From positions 41,046,001 to 41,110,000 of the forward strand of contig CM059432.1 of assembly GCA_030390025.1 (NCBI GenBank): a DNA stretch of 64,000 nt, written 5' to 3'. The position numbers and the translations under genes are program-made. The stretch's first letter is position 1; the number at the start of each line of letters is the position of its first letter. This document shows, piece by piece, positions 61,121 to 64,000 of the stretch. Under the pieces are notes generated by a model. It ran no database searches, was not told the origin of the DNA, and saw only the letters and a list, made by a program, of their open reading frames with translations. This DNA is from Squalus acanthias (taxonomy: Eukaryota).

Positions 61121-61536
61121 ATAATGCAATTGTTCACAAGATCGTTGCAGGCAAGAACCTTGTGACATTCTGGATGAAGATGCGGAGAGGGGCATTGATT
61201 GTTGGTACACTGGCAGAATCCAAGGTAGCAGTGGTGAGTTGGGCAAGTGGGACGAGAAGAATGTTGGTGAGATTAGCCCCCACACTGGGCGGAATGGTTG
61301 GCAAGATAGGAGGATAAGGTAGTTGGGGTTGTTGATCGTAAGGAGGCAGCAACTAGTTCATCGATGGACCCTTCAAAGAATGTCAAGAGAAGCACAGCGG
61401 GGTACCTTCCGGCTTCTGCAAGGGGGAAATGGAAGTAATGGACTGAGGTCCGGAACAGCAGCCAAAATGCGCACGTGACTGGATATGGAAGGTTTAAATT
61501 TATATTCCACTTTATCATGTCTGTCAGAAACATCTT

Positions 61537-61920
61537 GACAATTAATGAATTACTTTGAAGTGCGGTGATTGTTGGTGTTCAGACAAAGCAGCAGTCATTT
61601 TGTACACAGAAAGATCCCATAAACAGTGATGAAAATGAATGAACTTTTTTTTGGGGTGCTGTTGGCTGAGCGAGCAGTATTAGGCCAGAGCACTAAGACT
61701 TTCTTCAGTACCAAAGGATCTTTACTGCCCACCTCAAACTGAGGACCTGTCTGCTTGTTAACGTGTGATCCAAAGAACAGCACTTTTAATAATACAGCAG
61801 TCAGTACTGCCTTGGACTGGCAGTTTTAAGTTACCAGCTTACTCTTCTGGTTTGAGACTCAAACCCACAACCTTCTGACCAAGAAGCGAGAGTGCTACCA
61901 AATGAGCCAAGCTGAAGTAA
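61537..61920 (-). mobile_element. Degraded Deu-type SINE
   Basis: ccacaaccttctgac..gagagtgctacca.atgagccaagctga is the reverse complement of the SINE head. Confidence 0.65.
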
Positions 61921-63425
61921 ACAAAGAGAAGAGCCATTTGTAATATTTGTCACAGTAGCATCACTCATAACTGTTTTGATGATAATGTCTCATGGAATTT
62001 AGGTTTTGTTGTGTATCTGTGAACAAAGGAAGGAATATTTAGTGAACATTTTTTTTCTTAAGTGGTGTGCCTCTTTTAAATGATCCAATTGTATATATTA
62101 TAGTACATTTTAAATGCCATTTTTCTGCCTTCCTCCAAAAAACTATTCTTACCCACATTTTTAAAAGCTTTGTTAAGTACGTTAACATTTCTGTTCATCC
62201 ACTATTTGAGTGTCATGGTCTATAATTATTACAAGGATGCAATTATCATGGATTTTTTTCTATTGAAATGTCAGCAGATGGCAATATGGTGACATATCTA
62301 ACTCGATCAGTATTCTGACTGTACCCTATATAGATTGGGTTTATAAATTAATCTTTCACAATCTCCTCCTGAGTAATGGTGGAACTTTACATATTAATTG
62401 AAATATGCTTAAAGGTTGCACTGTGCTCTAGAAAGCCAGTCTTATAGCTGCATAAAATATGCTGTGGTATTTGAATTCAAATCCTAAAGAAAAGAACATT
62501 TTAGTAGAACGGGTCTGACTATTTTTATAAGCTGTTGTGTGGGTTTCATGTATTTATGGTTTCAGATTTCAGGCTGGTTTTCTTTGTTGCCAAAAGATCT
62601 GTCTTTCAACTTACTGTTGCATCGGAAATTTAGAATTAAAAAAGTAACTTTGACGAAGTGACTTCATTTATTTAAAAAAAAAAGTTAATCAATAATTTGG
62701 TGCAGGCTGTAATGCGGCTGCTTATTTCAACTTATTGAGCACAGTACAAGCAAGCATGATCGAGGAAGTGAAGTTCCTTGATTGACATCAGAACTAGCAT
62801 GGGGAATGCAAACAACACTAAAAGCTCCACAGCAGGATTACTGGGGCCCTGTCGGGGATCAGCGTACGGACTGCAGAATACTCGTGCATACTGTTGTTTC
62901 ACAACAACAATAATTCTTTGTTCATAGTTTGATGTAAATTTTTCTGTTTCAAACATAAAATTAGGACCAAGTTTGTCTTTTAAGGTTGAAGCTGTAGTTT
63001 TTAACAGCTACGCTATGAGATTAAATATCAGGCTAATTTTGGTTATGTAGGTTTGTGTGCAATACAGCAAAATGATAGCTTTAGAACACCTGTACCTTTG
63101 CACAGGGATTCTGTTGCTAACGCTTTCAAAACCAGAAAAACAGATCAGATAACAACACAGCCCAGCATTTGATTGGTCTCAGCATCAGGGGCTTGCACAG
63201 TCTCATTTTAGTCTGGAGCCTTAAGTAGGTCAGGCCTAGCTTAGCCAGCCTGCAGATGATCAGCTGCAGATGATCTCTGGATGAAGTCAAGCTGAAAGGA
63301 ATTTCAATGAACCCTTCCTGATAGGCGTAGGCCTAAAAAGGCTGGCCTAGTTAAGCTTCAGCTTATAGTGCGAGTGTAGGCTTTGCAGTCAGTCTGAAGT
63401 TTGTGTGATGTGCTCTGTACAAAAT

Positions 63426-63808
63426 ATGTTAGGGAAAAAATCAAACCGATCTTCAAATTTTACCATATATGAAAAGATTGATTTGTTGAAACTTGTACGG
63501 CCTCACATCAAAGTCCTGGAGGTTCATAAGAATAATCAGGCTATAATAGTTGAAAAAAATCGTTGCTGGGAAACTATAGCACAGCAATACAATGCAGTTG
63601 GAGTGGATCGTCCGCCTCGTAGCGCACAGGCTTTGCGAACACTATATAAACGCATTAAAGAAAGTGCTAAACAAGAGATAGCCAGGAGGGAGCAGCTGCA
63701 TCCAGACTATAAAGGAAACGTCTCTGAGCCAACCAGAAGAATTCTAGAAATGATTCCTCACATTTTCCAACCACTTTTGAAGGTGATAGACAGCGACAAC
63801 TTACAACG
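63426..63808 (+). CDS. FSBP: Fibrinogen silencer-binding protein, first coding exon (Myb/SANT-like DNA-binding domain); in-frame upstream ATG at 63408
   Basis: RSSNFT..EK.DLLKLV.P..K.LE.H.N...[35 protein letters not shown] matches vertebrate FSBP. Donor CG|GTAAGA at 63809 (phase 2). Lies in a RAD54B intron. Confidence 0.93.
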
Positions 63809-64000
63809 GTAAGATTCTCATTTTACTGACTATAAAAAAAATATGTTTTAATTAGTCCCTTTACATGAGGCTTGTATACAGAACTCATTATTACAATGGC
63901 CACTTCATCCATGTCTCTGAAACTGGGAAGATATGATCACACATGACTGAAGTTTTGGTGAGATGACCAACATGAGGAAATGATTCAAGTTCTAACTTCA

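Noticed and set aside
63220..63365. Cluster of short palindromes and repeats (AGGCCT x2 plus a GGCCT, CTGCAGATGATC x2, AAGCTT) upstream of FSBP
   Set aside because: They are too short to distinguish from chance without cross-species alignment, and no coherent fold was identified.

Overview
Repeat-dense vertebrate genomic DNA, most likely a cartilaginous fish (shark-type CR1/L2 LINEs, Penelope-like elements, Deu-domain SINEs). There are three host genes: (1) a minus-strand RNF41/RNF151-like RING E3 ligase (first coding exon 8812-9017, probable 5'UTR exon near 16.0 kb, probable promoter near 31 kb); (2) the divergently transcribed RAD54B (coding exons 48152-48280 and 51993-52197); (3) the first coding exon of FSBP (Myb/SANT-like, 63426-63808), nested in the following RAD54B intron. 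Most of the rest is nested transposable elements: CR1 and L2 LINE fragments, GIY-YIG Penelope-like elements (PLEs), tRNA-derived SINEs, Harbinger- and hAT-type MITEs, a fragmented solo LTR and possible Helitron ends. The most striking non-annotated structure is eight minimal hammerhead-ribozyme motifs in PLE terminal repeats. These include short non-coding inserts with target duplications and a 92-bp near-perfect foldback carrying a hammerhead on each strand. Also notable is a Harbinger-type MITE (2 copies) packed with promoter motifs and consensus splice donors. All calls were made by eye; TE family names and most TE boundaries are approximate and nothing was checked against a database.
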